64,000 bases of DNA, taken from the NCBI RefSeq assembly GCF_964194155.1, contig NC_135891.1, positions 104,966,001 through 105,030,000 of the forward strand, written 5' to 3'. A model generated the notes under the pieces. The model saw nothing but the letters and a program-made list of their open reading frames with translations, had not been told where the DNA came from and made no database searches. The stretch comes from Cetorhinus maximus (lineage: Eukaryota). The position numbers and the translations under genes are program-made. Below, piece after piece: positions 25,990-39,674 of this stretch; position 1 is the stretch's first letter; every line of letters starts with the position of its first letter.

Positions 25990-26605
25990 GGCAATCTGGG
26001 CACAAATTGCGCTCAAAATCGTACTAGTTTTGCAAAGTGTATTTTTTAATTCAAGTTTTTGCTCAAACTCATTTGCATAACACCAAAAATAAAGTCTTCC
26101 ATCAACCAATGCCCTTGTTTTAAAATGTAATTGTTTATTTTCTTGCACTAACAGATATCCATTGGTGTAAGAGTGCCAGTTTTATTAACATAGCAAAAAA
26201 AAAGTATTTTTAAGAAGGGTGTTTAGTTCAGCTCCTGTGAGTGACTTGGTTTTAAATAACTAAAATGACTTTTAAAAAGACGTTACATAGAAACATTTGC
26301 TAATTTCATTGGTGTCCAGTAATTAGTTTCTTAATAAATTAACTACATTTTAATATTTAAATATTTTCAAAAGGGTGCCTAGTGTGCCTTGCACCTAACA
26401 AAGCCAGGGTGACCTTAAGAGCCTCCTGAAAGGCTCACAAAGGAATACTTCGTGGAAACTCGCCATGGTGATTAATCAATATTGGGGCAGGACCAGTTTT
26501 GTGTGCAGGACTGATTTTCAGCCCTATTTTGGAAATCAGCCCAAAAGTTTACAGGAACTTGATTTGCACTGGACATAATTTGTGTTTGAAATTCCACAAT
26601 GATCA
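25990..26605 (-). repeat. Unclassified dispersed repeat of about 600 bp, inverted relative to 45590-46190
   Basis: Shared blocks CAATCTGGGCACAAAT, CTCAAACTCATTTGCATA and GATTTGCA.TGGACATAATTT...GAAATTC occur as reverse complements in the other copy. Confidence 0.65.
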
Positions 26606-26607
26606 TT

Positions 26608-26800
26608 GAACTGTACACAATACTCGAGCTGAAGTATAACGAGTGTCTTATATAAATTCAGCATATCCTCCTTGCTCTTGCACTCTATGCCCCTATTAAT
26701 AAAGCCCAGGATACTATATGCATTATTAACTGCTCTCTCCACTTGTCCTGCTACCTTCAATGACCTATGCACATATACACCCAGATCTTTTTGCTCCTGC
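26608..26800 (-). mobile_element. CR1 ORF2 fragment
   Basis: QEQKDLGVYVHRSLKVAGQVERAV...LYKTLV..QLEYCVQF; close to the 29.4-29.8 kb CR1 sequence. Confidence 0.85.
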
Positions 26801-27807
26801 AATGTTTTAATCAATTTTGGGTGAACTGCACTGAAGCTAGGGAAGATCCAGGTCAATGTCTTATGTAAATAAATGTATGTTATTGGTTATTTGATCCATA
26901 AATTCACTTAACAGCTGGAGCCTGAAATTAGGTCTGTCATGCAGCTCTGCTACTTATCAAAGACATGAGAAAGATTCAGTAGCCAAAGGAAAATATAAAG
27001 AGAAGTTTTCTGTTCATTACACAGGGCACATTACAAAACCTTACCAAATATCAAAGTTGGCGAAGGTGCTGTTAAGGATTGAGAAGCAAAAAACTCAGCT
27101 ACAAGACTGATCTAAAATACAGACAGCAAAGTATCTGGGATAAGGAGGGCAGGAAAGAGCCAAAACATAACATTCACATCCCATCACTAGACAGTGATGA
27201 AAACCAGGAGCTGCTTTTTTTGGCCTTCCCTAACCTCATGGGCACTAGGTTGATTGCAGAGCCCCTATAATGTCATTTAAACTTAGAACGAACAGATCAT
27301 TTCTGATGCATCAAGATACTAGCAGAGTATATTAAATTATGGTGAATTGTTCAACCTAACCCCATGGCTTATGGATTCTCATTGCTTCAAAATCACAATT
27401 TACACATCTACTTCAACAGTATACCATTGTTCTTAGCTATTTAAAGACATATGTTTTTAACTATCAAACATTCTAGAGGCTGGAGTACAACATTTGCTTA
27501 AAAAAAACAGAGAATGCTGGAAATACTCAGCAGATCAGGCAGTGTCTATGGAGAGGGAAATAGAGTTAATGCCTAAGACCACAGCATTTCATCCTCCTTT
27601 CTTTGCCTCCTTAATCTCCTTAGGCAGACAATCCTCAATTACTTGTAGCATGTACCCTCCTTTCCTGCAATTTGATCCCAGCAATAGGGGACACAGAAAG
27701 AGGAAAATGATGAAGAAGAGGAGGAGGAGCTGTGGAAATATTTTTCCCTTTGTGCATATGACAATGATGAAGAACAGGAGCGTCTGAACAGGAGAACACT
27801 CAATGCA

Positions 27808-27984
27808 AAAACTGAAAATGCTGGAAAACTCAGCAGGTCTGGCAGCATCTGTGGAGATGGAAACAGAGTTAACGTTTCGACTCTGTATAACCCTTCTTCA
27901 GAGCTCTGAATTCTGAATTTTTCCAGCATTTTCCGTTTTTGTTTCAGATTTCCAGCATCCGCAGTATTTTGCTTTTATCTTAGT
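27808..27984. mobile_element. Fold-back Penelope-like terminal element with hammerhead motif
   Basis: Flanked by GAACACTCAATGCA / GAACACTCCGTGCA (14-bp TSD, 2 mismatches); partial inverted arms; same family as 41929-42182. Confidence 0.75.
27864..27908 (-). ncRNA. Minimal type-I hammerhead ribozyme motif (degenerate)
   Basis: Minus strand AGAGCU-CUGAAGA-A-GGGUU AUACA GAGUC-GAAA-CGUU-AACUCU: CUGANGA and GAAA cores, stem I with one mismatch, a weakened stem II, and palindromic ACGU in place of stem III. Confidence 0.6.
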
Positions 27985-28949
27985 GAACACTCCGTGCAGT
28001 TGCTCGATCCGCTTTTTCCATCGCCTGCCAACTCATTATTGGCAACACATAACTTTTTCACTCCTAGGTATCAGTTCAGGTTCTTTCACCTGGGTTGGGA
28101 GTGGTTAACGGTAGTGAGAATGTGACACTGGGTGATTCACGGATCATGAAAAACCAGAGGAGTGAAGACTGGAGAGGATGCGCCAGCTACCCAGTGGAGA
28201 TTAAGGAGAAGGCAGCAAGTAGTTTGGGAGACCCAGAACTCATGGTTACTCACGTGAAAAGAAGGGTGTTTGTGGAAATCCTACCTATGTGCTTGCTCTG
28301 AAAGGTGTGACACCCAAGTGTACAGATATAACCTGAGGGAGCAATACCAAAGTACTTCTTCCTTGCGAGCACCAATGGAGCAAGTGGCAGCTGCTTTGCA
28401 ATCTGCAACAGTGGCCCAGCTAAGAAATGCTGGTGCTTCAACCTTCAGAGAAGAAGAGTTTGCTGCTGCTGAGGTAACAGCGAACATACTAGACAGCAGC
28501 ATAAATTGTGGTAACTGCTGAGTATCAAGGCTTTCAGGATCTGACAGCTGCCATTGGACCAGACACGGCCCACTGGGTTAGAGATGTTAACCGCAGACCC
28601 GTGACCCTTCTGTCTGGTATTATGAGTCACCAACCTCCTACAACAGGTATAAAATATGTACGTATAAACATCTCGGAGATGCCCAATGCAAGGAAAGAGT
28701 AGATTGATTGTTTTCACTTGGCAATTATTGTATTAAAATAGACTGTGCAGTGATATGGTACTTTATTATTCATAGGGGTTACAGTCCTTCAGGAAAAGGC
28801 ACACTTGTTTGCTGCTGACATTCACTTAGGATGATTATTGGCACAGTCATGTCAGAGTACAGAGTGCTGATGTGTTGTCATGTGGTAGGATGGATTATGG
28901 ATTTGCAAGTGGGAAGAAGGTGATCAGGCTGTGGTGCCAAAGGCAGACT

Positions 28950-31900
28950 GAGTTAGACAGGGGAGATGCCTTCTGAAAAGACCTATCTTCTGATGCCCCT
29001 ATCAACAGGTTGTGAGGATTCCTCTAAGGGCACTTCACAGAATCACGGAATTTTAACGGCGCAGAAGGAGGCCATTCGGCCCATCGTGTCTGCGCCGGCT
29101 CTCCAAATGAGCATTATGACCTGGTGCCATAGCCCTGCCTTTTCCCTATACCACTGCGCATTGTTGCTATTCAAATAATCATCTAATGCCCTTTTGAATA
29201 CCTCGATTGAACCTGCCTCCATCATACTTCCAGGCAGTGCATTCCGGACCCGACCACTCGTGTGAAATAATTTTTCCTCACATCATATTTGCTTCTTTTG
29301 CAAATCACTTTAAATCTGTGCCCTCTCATTCTTGATCCTTTTATGAGCAGGAACAACTTATCCCTATCTACTCTGTCCAGCCCCCTCATAATTTTAAACA
29401 TCTCTATCAAATTTCCTCAGCTTTCTTCTCTCCAAGGAGAACAGTACTAAACTCTCCAATCTAGCTTCGTAACTGAAGTTTCTCATCACTGGACCCATTC
29501 TTGTAAACTTCTTCTGCACTCTCTCCAATGTGTTCACATCCTTCCTATACTGTGCCATCCAGAACTGTACACAATATTCCAGCTGAAGTCTAACGAGTGT
29601 CTTATATAAATTCAACTTAACCTCCTTGCTCTCGTACTCTATGCCCCTCTTAATAAAGCCCAGGATGCTATATGTTTTATTAACTGCTCTCTCCACCTGT
29701 CCTGCCACCTATGCACATATACACCCAGGTCTTTCTGCTCCTGCACCCCCTTCAAAATTTCAACCCTTATTTTATATTGTCTGTCCATGTTCTTCCTACC
29801 AAAATGCATCACCTCACACTTCTCCACATTGAACTTCATCTGCCGCCTATGTGCCCACTCCACCAACTTATCTAAGTATTTTTGAAGTTCTACACTGTGC
29901 TCTTCGCAGTTTACAACACTCCCAAGTTTCGTATCATCCGCAAACTTTGAAATTGTCCCCTGCACACCAAAATCTAGATCATTAACATATTTCAGGAAAA
30001 GCAAGGGTCCCCATAACAACCCCTGGGGAACTCCACGACAAACCTGCCTCCAACCTGAAAAATATCCATTGACCATTTCTCTCTGCTTCCTATTTTTCAG
30101 CCAATTCTGTGTCCATGTTGCTACTGCCCCTTTTATTCCATAAGCAATAAGTTTTCTCACAAATCTGTTGTGTGACACTGTATCAAATGCCTTTTGAAAG
30201 CCCATGTACACCACACCAACAGTATTACCCTCATTGACCTTTTCTGTTACCTCTTCAAAAAACTCCACCAAGTTAGTCAAACACAATTTCCCCTTTAGAA
30301 ATCCATGCTGGCTCTCCCTTATCAACCCATATTTTACCATGTGACTATTAATTCTATCCCGAATAATTGTTTCTAGAATCTTCCCCACCACTGAAGTTAA
30401 ACTGACTGGTCTGTAATTGATGGGCTTATCCTTACAACCCTTTTTGAACAAGGGCATAATGTTTGCAACTCTCCAGTCCTCTGGCACCTCCCCTCAGTCT
30501 GGGGACAGCTGAAAAATTATGGCCAGTGTCCCTGCAATTTCTACTCTCACTTCCTTCAATATCCTTGGATGCATCTCATTCGGTCCCGGTGCCTTGTCAA
30601 CTATAAGTACCGACAGTCTATTTAACATTTCCTCCTTATCAATTTTGAACCATTCTAGTGATAGTTTCCTCATCTGTCACCATGGCCTGGGTAGCATCTA
30701 CTTCCTTGGTAAAGACTGTATTTATTTAATATCTCAGCCATGGCTCCTTCATCCATGTGTAAATTCTCTTTAAGTCCCTAATCGGCCACACTCCTCCTTT
30801 TACCACCCTCTTGCTATTTATGTGCCTATAGAAGACTTTGGGATTCCCCTTTATGTTGGCTGCCAGTCTTTTCTCATAATCCCTCTTCACTTCTCTAATA
30901 TGCTTTTTCACCTCCCCTCTGACCTTCTGTATTCCTCTTGGTTCTCAATTGTGTTTTCTACCTGCCACCTGTCATAAGCACACTTTTTCTTCATTATCTT
31001 AATTTCTATCTCCTTTTTCATCCAGAAAGCTTTGGATTTGTTTGCCCTACTTTTCCCTTTCGATGGAATGTACCTTGACTGTGCCCGAACCAATTCTTTT
31101 TTTAAGGTAGTACATTGTTCAGCTACAGTTTTTCCCGCCAATCTTTCATTCCAGTCTATCTGGCCCAGCTCCGTTCTTGCCCCATCGAAGTCTGTTCTCG
31201 TCCAGTTAATTATTCTTACTCTGGATTGCCTATCGTCCTTTTCTATCATCATCCTAAAACATACAATACAATGATCACTGTACTCTAAATGTTCCCCCTT
31301 TGACACTTGACCCACCTCATTTCCAAGAACCAGGTCCAACAGTGCGTCTTTTCTTGTTGGATTGGACACATACTGCTGTGGAAAATTTTCCTGAACACAA
31401 TCTAGGACCTTTTGCCCCTGTCTGCCCTTTACACTACATTGTCCCAGTCTACATTCGGGTAATTAAAGTCCCCCATTATAACTACTCTATAATCCCTGCA
31501 TCTCTCTGCAATTTTCCTGCAGATTTGTTCTTCTATGTCCGTCTAACTAGTTGGCAGTCTACAGACTACACCAAGCAATGTAATTGCACCCTTTTTGTTC
31601 CTTAGCTCTAACCAAATTGATTCTGTCCTTGAAGCCTCTGGGACATCCTCTTCCTCCAGCACTGCAATGCTCTCCTTAACCAATACCACTACCCCTCCTT
31701 CTTTCCTTCCTTTCCTATTTCTTCTGAACACCTTGTACCCAGGAATATTTAACACCCAGTTCTGCCCTTCCTTGAGCCAGGTCTCTGTTATCGCCACAAC
31801 ATCATATTTCCACATGACACTCTGCGCCTGTAACTCCCCAATTTTATTTACTATACTCTACGCATTCACATGCATGCATGATAACCCTGATTTAGATTTT

Positions 31901-33430
31901 GTTACTTTCTCCCTCACCCTGACTTCACCTATTGACTTAATATTCACTATACTAGTGTTATCTGTCCCTCCTAATATTTTGTGCACCCTGGTAATCCCCA
32001 CTAATATTGTCTCTTGGTTCCCACACCCCTGCCGAGTTAGTTTAAAGCCCTCCCAACAGCACTAGCAAAATGCCCTGCAAGGAACTCAGTCCCAGCTCTG
32101 TTCAGGTGCAACCCGTCCGACTTGTACAGGTGCCATCTCCCCCAAAGCCGGTCCCAGTGTCCCAGGAATCTAAAGCCCTCTCTCCTGCATCATCTTTCCA
32201 GCCACGCATTCATATGCCTTATCCTCCTATTCCTGTACTCACTAGCATGTGGCACTGGGAGTAATCCAGAAATTACTATATTTTAGGTCCTGCTTGCTAA
32301 TTTTCTACCTAGCTCCCTAAATTCCGATTGCAGGACCACCTCCCCCTTCCTACCTAAGTCATTGGTACCAATGTGAACCACGACCTCTGGTTGTTCACCC
32401 TCTGCCAGAAGAATGTCCTGCAGCCGCTCTGTGACATCCTTGACCCTGGCACCAGGGAGGCAACATACCATCCTGGAGTCATGTCTATGGCTACAAAAAC
32501 GCCTGTCTGCTCCCCTAACCAATGAATCCCCTATCACTATTGCTCTTTCTTTCTTCTTCCTCCCCTCCTGTACAGCCAAGTCACTCAAACTTGGCCCTGA
32601 TTGCATTCCACTGAAGAACCAGCACCCTCACCAGCTTCCAAAATGGAAAACTGATCTTCATCTTGATTGTCTACTTCATATAATTCTTGATCCTCTGGAG
32701 CTAAGGCTAAGGCTTCCTCCACAGTGAAGTCTAGCCATTCCTCAATCGCCAAGTTGTGCAGGGCGTCGCAGAATATGATATTTTAGGCATCACATCTGTA
32801 GTATATTGTAGATCCCCTCCTCACCTGCCCAGGCAGTGGAAGTGGGTTTTCAATACCCTGAGGATCTCTCAGTCACCAGCTTGGTAGCTGCTCTTCTGCT
32901 GTTGTTAGGGGTGTTCTGATCAGGGCCATCAGCCATGGAAGCAGTAGGTATGCTTTGTCACCCAGAATCTATCTGTGGATCGCCTTCTCTTCTCTGATGG
33001 GTTCAGGGAGGGCTCAATGTTGAATGATGCAGGATGAATCCACCATGGCAGCTTCTTGAGCAACAGGCATTTAATGGAGGATCCCCTGAGTATTGTCATA
33101 CTCCATCTGAGCTGTGAGGGAATGGAAGCCCTTCCTGCTGAGGTATGTGTTATGTGGGTTCCCTCATTGCAATGCAGGTGCCATCTGGGCCTTGGACTAA
33201 CAACTCATTAAGCCATTAGTCCATATCGTCTTTCTGTATTGCTGTGATGACAAACCTTACAATTTGGGCTACTCTGCAGAAAAGGACATCAGTGCCCTGA
33301 TGTGTAAATGTCTGCACTGCTCCCAGGCTGATGTTGCAAATGTCATCCATGACTGTCAGAATGATCCTGGGCTACAGAAGCTAAGAGAGGTGATTATCTT
33401 TATGGTCTCTGAGAAAACATTGTGGGCAGG
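28950..33430 (-). pseudogene. Decayed Harbinger transposase split by the 29036-32654 CR1
   Basis: Minus-strand translation gives IKIITSLSFCSPGSF (about 33360-33410), YLSRKGFHSL (about 33115-33150), ILGDKAY (about 32945-32970), and IFCDALHNLAIEE plus an acidic tail (about 32655-32780). The CR1 sits in the acidic tail. The left boundary is approximate. Confidence 0.7.
29036..32654 (-). mobile_element. CR1-type LINE, truncated in ORF1, decayed
   Basis: ORF1 esterase IGDSLVRG...HIGTNDLG (32283-32606); APE (VAITETWL, 31543-31815; 30908-31369); RT (29639-30487, QHGF, GVPQG, FADDTK); 3' tail near 29036-29050. Confidence 0.95.
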
Positions 33431-34497
33431 TGAGTGTAGCTACAGCTGTTTGCGCAGCTTGTCATATAGAGTTACCCTACTGCATCTTTAGGGAAGTACA
33501 TTTTTATGCCAAGGTCCTTAGAGAAACCCTGGTATAATCACTGCTACCCGTATAGTCATTGAGAGGGTAGTTTAGAAGTCTCAATGCTGTATCATGTGGC
33601 AATTCTTAGACTTTGTTTTAACACTGTGTTTGATAGTCAGGCATTTTGTGGTTTACAGAAATGAACAAAATGCTTTGCTGAATGTACTTATGACATAACA
33701 ATAAAGAGTTATATGAAAAAAGATAAACAAAGTCTAAGAGCCTAATAATTGAGAGCTTTATAATGAAGACATTATGCACTTTCAGGTTGCATATTAGTCA
33801 GGTGTTTTTATGTATCTTTCACTTTCCATGTCCTACTATCTTCCCAGCATTGTTCTGATATATGATGCCACCAATGCTGGCTGCCTTCTGGCATCACCCA
33901 AAAAAAGTCCATTCTTCATGCGACAGCAAATGTCAATGGGCTAACTAAACATGAAGGAGGGACAAACATACAACAATGCTAAATTCTGTTCTCATCCATT
34001 ACACATACACATAGACACACATTAAAAAAAACTCCAACAACAATTAATACCTCAAAGAATGAGATGTCACACTTTTAATTATTCCCTTTCATTGTCAGGG
34101 AGTTTGATTGGTAGTAATTAACAATTATCAGGTCACTGCAAGGATTAAAAGGTTAATTATGCTACTTATTACTAGCCCTAAATATTGGGTTTAGTTCGTA
34201 TCTACCACACAAATGCAGCAACTTCACTCTATTCAGTGGATGTCTATTCTAAGTCAGACACTGAGATGCTGTTTTCACAAAAGTAACGGCAGAAAGGCAC
34301 AAGTCAGACAGCAACTTTTGGATATTTAAATTTAACCATTTAACCGCACTGTTGCTCCTTGTTTGAAGTTGTGATATACTGAGCACCATTAGCCTCAATG
34401 TTATTCTGACAGCAGCAAACTCTGGCCAATTGGATATCAATTGATGTAAGATCTATTTAGCTACTGGAGATTATGTACTGCAATGTTTTTCATAAAG

Positions 34498-34546
34498 GAT
34501 ATATATATTATGTATATTATATATATAATATATAGAATATATATAA
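34498..34546. repeat. (TA)n-rich microsatellite
   Basis: ATATATATTATGTATATTATATATATAATATATAGAATATATATA. Confidence 0.8.
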
Positions 34547-35859
34547 CCTGTTATCTCATATGACCCTATTTTACCATCCTGTATATTTGTAATATTTACA
34601 ATGACTAATTTCATAGTATCCAAGGTAGTCATTACAGCTTCTCCTACAAATTATTTAATTTCCAATAAATCCCTGAGTATATATCCAGGGCAATCGAACC
34701 CAATGCGAGAAGTCCATTTGCTATTAACAAGTTAAGGATGCTGTAATGATTGGTTTTAATTGCCAAGTCGCTCTGAGTCCAGAGGGTGGGGGAAAGGTTT
34801 TGATGGGCTGCCAGGAATTGTAGCTGAGAATTTAGCATCTTTCAACACGTGTTCACTCCCAAAGGAATACACATTCACCTAGGCAACCGGACAGCGAAAA
34901 ATGGAGCAGCTGTCTGGTTTGCACTTGGCCAAGAGCCACAGACGGTAATTAAATCGAAAAACAAATCTACAAGCCAGGCTTTCCTATGCACGAATATTAA
35001 AAATAATGGCGAACAACATTTTTCTGGACAATAAGCAAAAGTAACAGACAGATAGTAGTAGCAAAACAGCCAGGGAATGGAACCGTGGTCCGCAAAATGT
35101 AATTCCATCACAAATGGTAAGAAGGCACCAGGTCAAAATGAGAGGTACACATTGGCAGGGAAATATAGAATAAACAAAGGAGCCAGCCTTAAGGTTGTGC
35201 CAGCCATAATATAGAAACATCAGAGACGGTAAATCACATTTGAAGATAGCAGCGTGATCCTTCCATCGTAAGATACGGTACCGAGGCGCTCGCCGCTGTA
35301 AAGGCCCTACTCTCACCTCTTGCACTATTAACGTGAAGACCGCATATTTCTGGGATTGTACGTTAACACATTTTCCATTGAAAAATCTGGGAAAGGGAAA
35401 GTAAACACCTGCACCAAAGATGAGCTTTATAATTACTGGAATTAGTTCGTGTTATAAATACACGTTATGCATACAGTGGTCACATATTGCATGGGCACAC
35501 AACTGTCATTTATTTCACCATCCTCATATTAAATCATTAAACTGAACACAAGAATACCATCCGTCAGGCACAATGAGAACAGGCCGCCCGAGTACACCAT
35601 CGCTCACATTCACTGACACTTCCAGGATTTTTTTTTTCCTGCTACAATCTTATGATATAGTATTTTCTAGTAAAATCACTCACCGTTGCGTTCTCAGTTA
35701 TGTATTTCCATGCAGGCAAATCATTGCTCATGGTCCAGTTCGTCGAAGGCAGGTTATTTTATCTTCCTATAATGCAACAAGAGAGAAATAGCATCTTACA
35801 GTGGGATAAGCAGATGGTTTTATTGGAAGCTGCTTGGACTATGAAATAATGATCTTTTT

Positions 35860-36800
35860 TGCGTTCGAATAATTTGAGCGAAATCTCCTTAAGGATGTGA
35901 TCTCCCGTTATAAAGGAAGCAGCCGAAGGCGTTGATACGGAATCGAAAAGTTCCTTAGTTGGAAAGGGAGAGTAAATGAAGCAGATACTGGGAGAAATGC
36001 ATCATTTCCCGATGTACTCACTTGTTGTATAACAGAATATGACAGCGCCTCTTTCCGGATTTATTCATACTCAGTGGCAAAGGAGTAGCTTGAGGCGAAA
36101 GGCTCGCGTGTTCTGATCCCCCCCCCCCCCCAAAGCAAGGCTGGAAAGAGGGATCTCGGGCGGTAGGTGCGAGAGGGATGAGGCAGACCCCCCCCCAACC
36201 CCAGACGAGGACCGAGGGGAGCGATGGCCCCTGGAGCAGGAGCCAGGATGGAGCCGCTTGCTGCCCACGCATGTACCACCCTCCCTGCCCTGCTTCATTC
36301 TGCCTGTCCACACTGGGACTGGGCTTCAAGGCTGCCTTCCCCGGTCGCTTGGTTTAGCGCCATTGGCTTTAAAGTTAATTTTTTTTTTTAACATTTGAAC
36401 TTGCACGGCGACGTCACCCAAAAAACACTGACTGACTGACAGCCCACCTTCGGGGTGCCGCCTCGCTCCGGTGGAACCTCCCCTCCCCTCCCCAATGCAG
36501 CTGTCTCACTGCCCTGGAACCTGGTGCTTAGGCATAATTGCTGTAACGCCGAGCGAGGGGGGTTTGGTCACCCACCTGGGGGTAAGGCTGGCGGGGGGCC
36601 AGCGGGCTCCTCAGGCCGTTGCCAGATGCCCCACATTATCAGGCAGCAACTTCCCTGCCTGCACATTCGGCCAATGTCTCAGGGCTACATTGCCTCGCTG
36701 ACCAGTTGTTCGGGTCGGTTCAGCCATTTATTCACTCCAGGGAGCGCGATGTACAACAGCAGATGGAGCCCCCGTTCCTTCTAGCCTGATATTTTCCCCT
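35860..36800 (-). promoter_or_regulatory. CpG-rich putative CBARP promoter and first exon
   Basis: Local GC/CpG enrichment outside any recognisable TE; strong minus-strand donor CAA|GTGAGT at 36022/36021; near-perfect CRE (TGACGTC on minus, 36410-36416); CCAAT on minus at 36362-36366. Orientation matches the CBARP exon. Confidence 0.6.
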
Positions 36801-39674
36801 CCTGCATCTTTCAAACACAGTATTTGATTCGCACTTCCTTTCCTAACAACGACCCTGATGCAAACGATGGGGAAAAGGGTGCCGTTGCCACTTACCAAAT
36901 GACACTGTGCTCTTCCGAGAGACGAAGGTAGAACAAGCTGGAAATACAGGGTAGGGGGCACCAAGATCCAACAAGGGAGAAATAAATTAACATTTCAGGT
37001 GTAGATCATTTTCCCCTTTCAGTTGGTGAGAGGTCTCATGGGATCGTAGAGAATTAAAGCCTGGAGAGGACACTGTACCTCTTTGAAGGAGCAATCTTGC
37101 CCCTCATCCCCCTGCTTTTTTGTCCCTGTCTGTTTCATTTTAAATTTCCAATCTTTGCAGATTTTTTTTTCCATTAACTTCTAACATTGACAAAAGCCTG
37201 TTTGTTAGTGCTTTGCATTTGGTTTGGTTTTCAGAATGCGTTTCATTCATTTGTGAGTCTTGGCTACTTTGCCCGTGGAAATTGGAAACGGAAGAGGATT
37301 ATACTATTTTCTCCAGTTGAACCCTGTCCATACACCGAGTGCAGTGCCAGTTTTTTTGTGCGGGAATGAATCAGTTTCATTGTGGAGACTGGTGAAACAA
37401 ACACTGTCAGATTGCACACTTCAACTGACACACTGGCATAGAAATCCACATTTCATTCCAGTACAGGCTCAGTGGTGTCATGTGACCCAATCTCGGGCTG
37501 GAATATCTATCCGAACATATATTACCGGAGACCTCCCAGAAAGGATTACCTCCATCCCCGGACCAAATAGACATTGACCATTTTCCTGTCTGTGGATATC
37601 AGGTTAAACAATTATTTCCGATTCCTTGACTTACTGATGTTTTACTGAACGTTAGGACTACATTTGCCGTCCTCAGGTATGGCTCCTGGTTTACGAGCAT
37701 TTCTTGATTTAAATACATATATATATGATGTAAATGATAGTTATCTTCAACACAAATATGCAAACTTATAATTTTAGGCTTCTTCATTAGAAAGGCATTG
37801 ATCAAGAAGCATTAAATCTGTCCTCTTTATACTTACATTTTACATTTGAAGGAACCATGGACACTTGGAAAGCTCAAAAATCATTGCAAAATGTTCCACT
37901 AATTTCTCATTAATGCTGTCTATTTGTAACATACACTCCTTAACAAAATAGTTTGGTTATTTTCATCATATTTCCATCTATATAGTTTACTTGATTATTT
38001 ACAACATTGGCCTTTGAAACTAGTCACCCAAGAAACCCTATGTTTGCTAATGGTAAGACACACATATAGGCGTTACCTGAACAATGCAAAATAAATAGAC
38101 TCCAAAAAATTAAGTTTTGTAGCAGCCTGAAATACTTTGAAGGTTGAAAGTTATCCTCTCGTTTAATTCATCTAACCATTCCCTGATGTTTATGTGCACA
38201 CATCTCTTAATTTTCCTGTGCAAATCTAGCTCCTGCTTATTTGCACATTTTCTCTGCTTTACTAATTCTACCTGCCCTTGACAGACCACATCTACGCTGA
38301 CATCCTATTGGTTCTGATTCTGGAGACAACGAAAGATGCTATATAAATGCAAGTTCTTTCTTTACGTGTTCCAGTCATTGCACATTCTTCCTAACTAATG
38401 AACAAAGATGTGTTTTGTCACAAAGTGTCAAAATAATTATTATAGAGAGTAAAGATTCAATAAATGGTTTTCTTGTTTTAGTTACCATCATAAATGTCAC
38501 CTTTATTCCAAAAGTTTATTTCTTCACTGAATCCAATATAAATTGTAGACAAAATACAACACCAGCCATATTTAAGAGTTTGAGCTGTTTATTTGCATTT
38601 AAGAATATAGTTCCTCACCATGATCCTGCTTGGTCTCATTGCTGGCACACTTTGATAAGGCACATGGGTTAGTCTTGATAATCTAAGTGGTTAGACGGTA
38701 CTGGACACGAGTCGTAGCCCCAGATTGGCTGGCCCGCCATTGTACCTCTTTCCACAAGACCTTAAGTGCCATCTTCTTGAACCAGGTCAGGAAGCCAGTG
38801 AAATAGAGAAATTCAGCTCCTTTGTTGATGCTTCAATGTGCTATGTCACTGCCTCGTTTAAACCCAGGATTTCCCTAATTAAGCACAGTACGCAACAAAA
38901 CAATGACTATGCAGTTCCTACATTTAGTATGGGTAAGATCCTTACTATTATTAAGTCAATTTGACTAATCCCACAACAAACTTCAACAAAAATGCCAGCA
39001 GTAAGAAACATTAATATTGCAATGTAGTCTCTTCCTAACCACATCATGATGCATTACTGTTAGCGCATCTGTAGCTCTTTACAGCACTTTCCTTATTCAC
39101 CATCAACATATTGACTCCATTACGCTGGGGGGTGGGGGCGGGGAGGGGGGGGAGCCTTGAAGTTGTGGTTTAAGTTTTGGGTCACCATTGGCCCTTCATA
39201 CTTTAGAGTGCTATAATTCATGTAACTCTCTTTATTCTAACTGTATGCCTCTTGTTTGTTCCTCCCATGCTAAAACCTTATGATCGTAATATGCACCTTA
39301 ACATCTATGAAAAGAGACTGCTAATTGGAAATTTAATACTCTTCAGTCTTTTTCATTCAAGGTGCATTGACCTGACAGATCTCTATGCTTACTCCTCTTC
39401 AGTCTATTTCCATTTTATTTTCTACTTCTTGGTATTATTCTCAACAGTAAATGTCAGCACTAAAAGTGTATTCATTTTAGACTTAAAGATAACATTTATG
39501 TTAAATTTTTGAATCTCTGTGGGGATTATAAAAAGTCAAATCTAATCTCTGTTGCTGGAATATTTTCCAGAATAACATTTCTTCCATAGGGATTCTGCAC
39601 AATTGGTGAAATGGTCCTTAATTCCAGTAATCATATACCAGTGTTGTTACACTTGCTTCAATGTTTTGAAAATG

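Noticed and set aside
34875-34900. REST/NRSE site near a neuronal gene (CGGACAGCG)
   Set aside because: Only the right half-site matches; the left half is poor.
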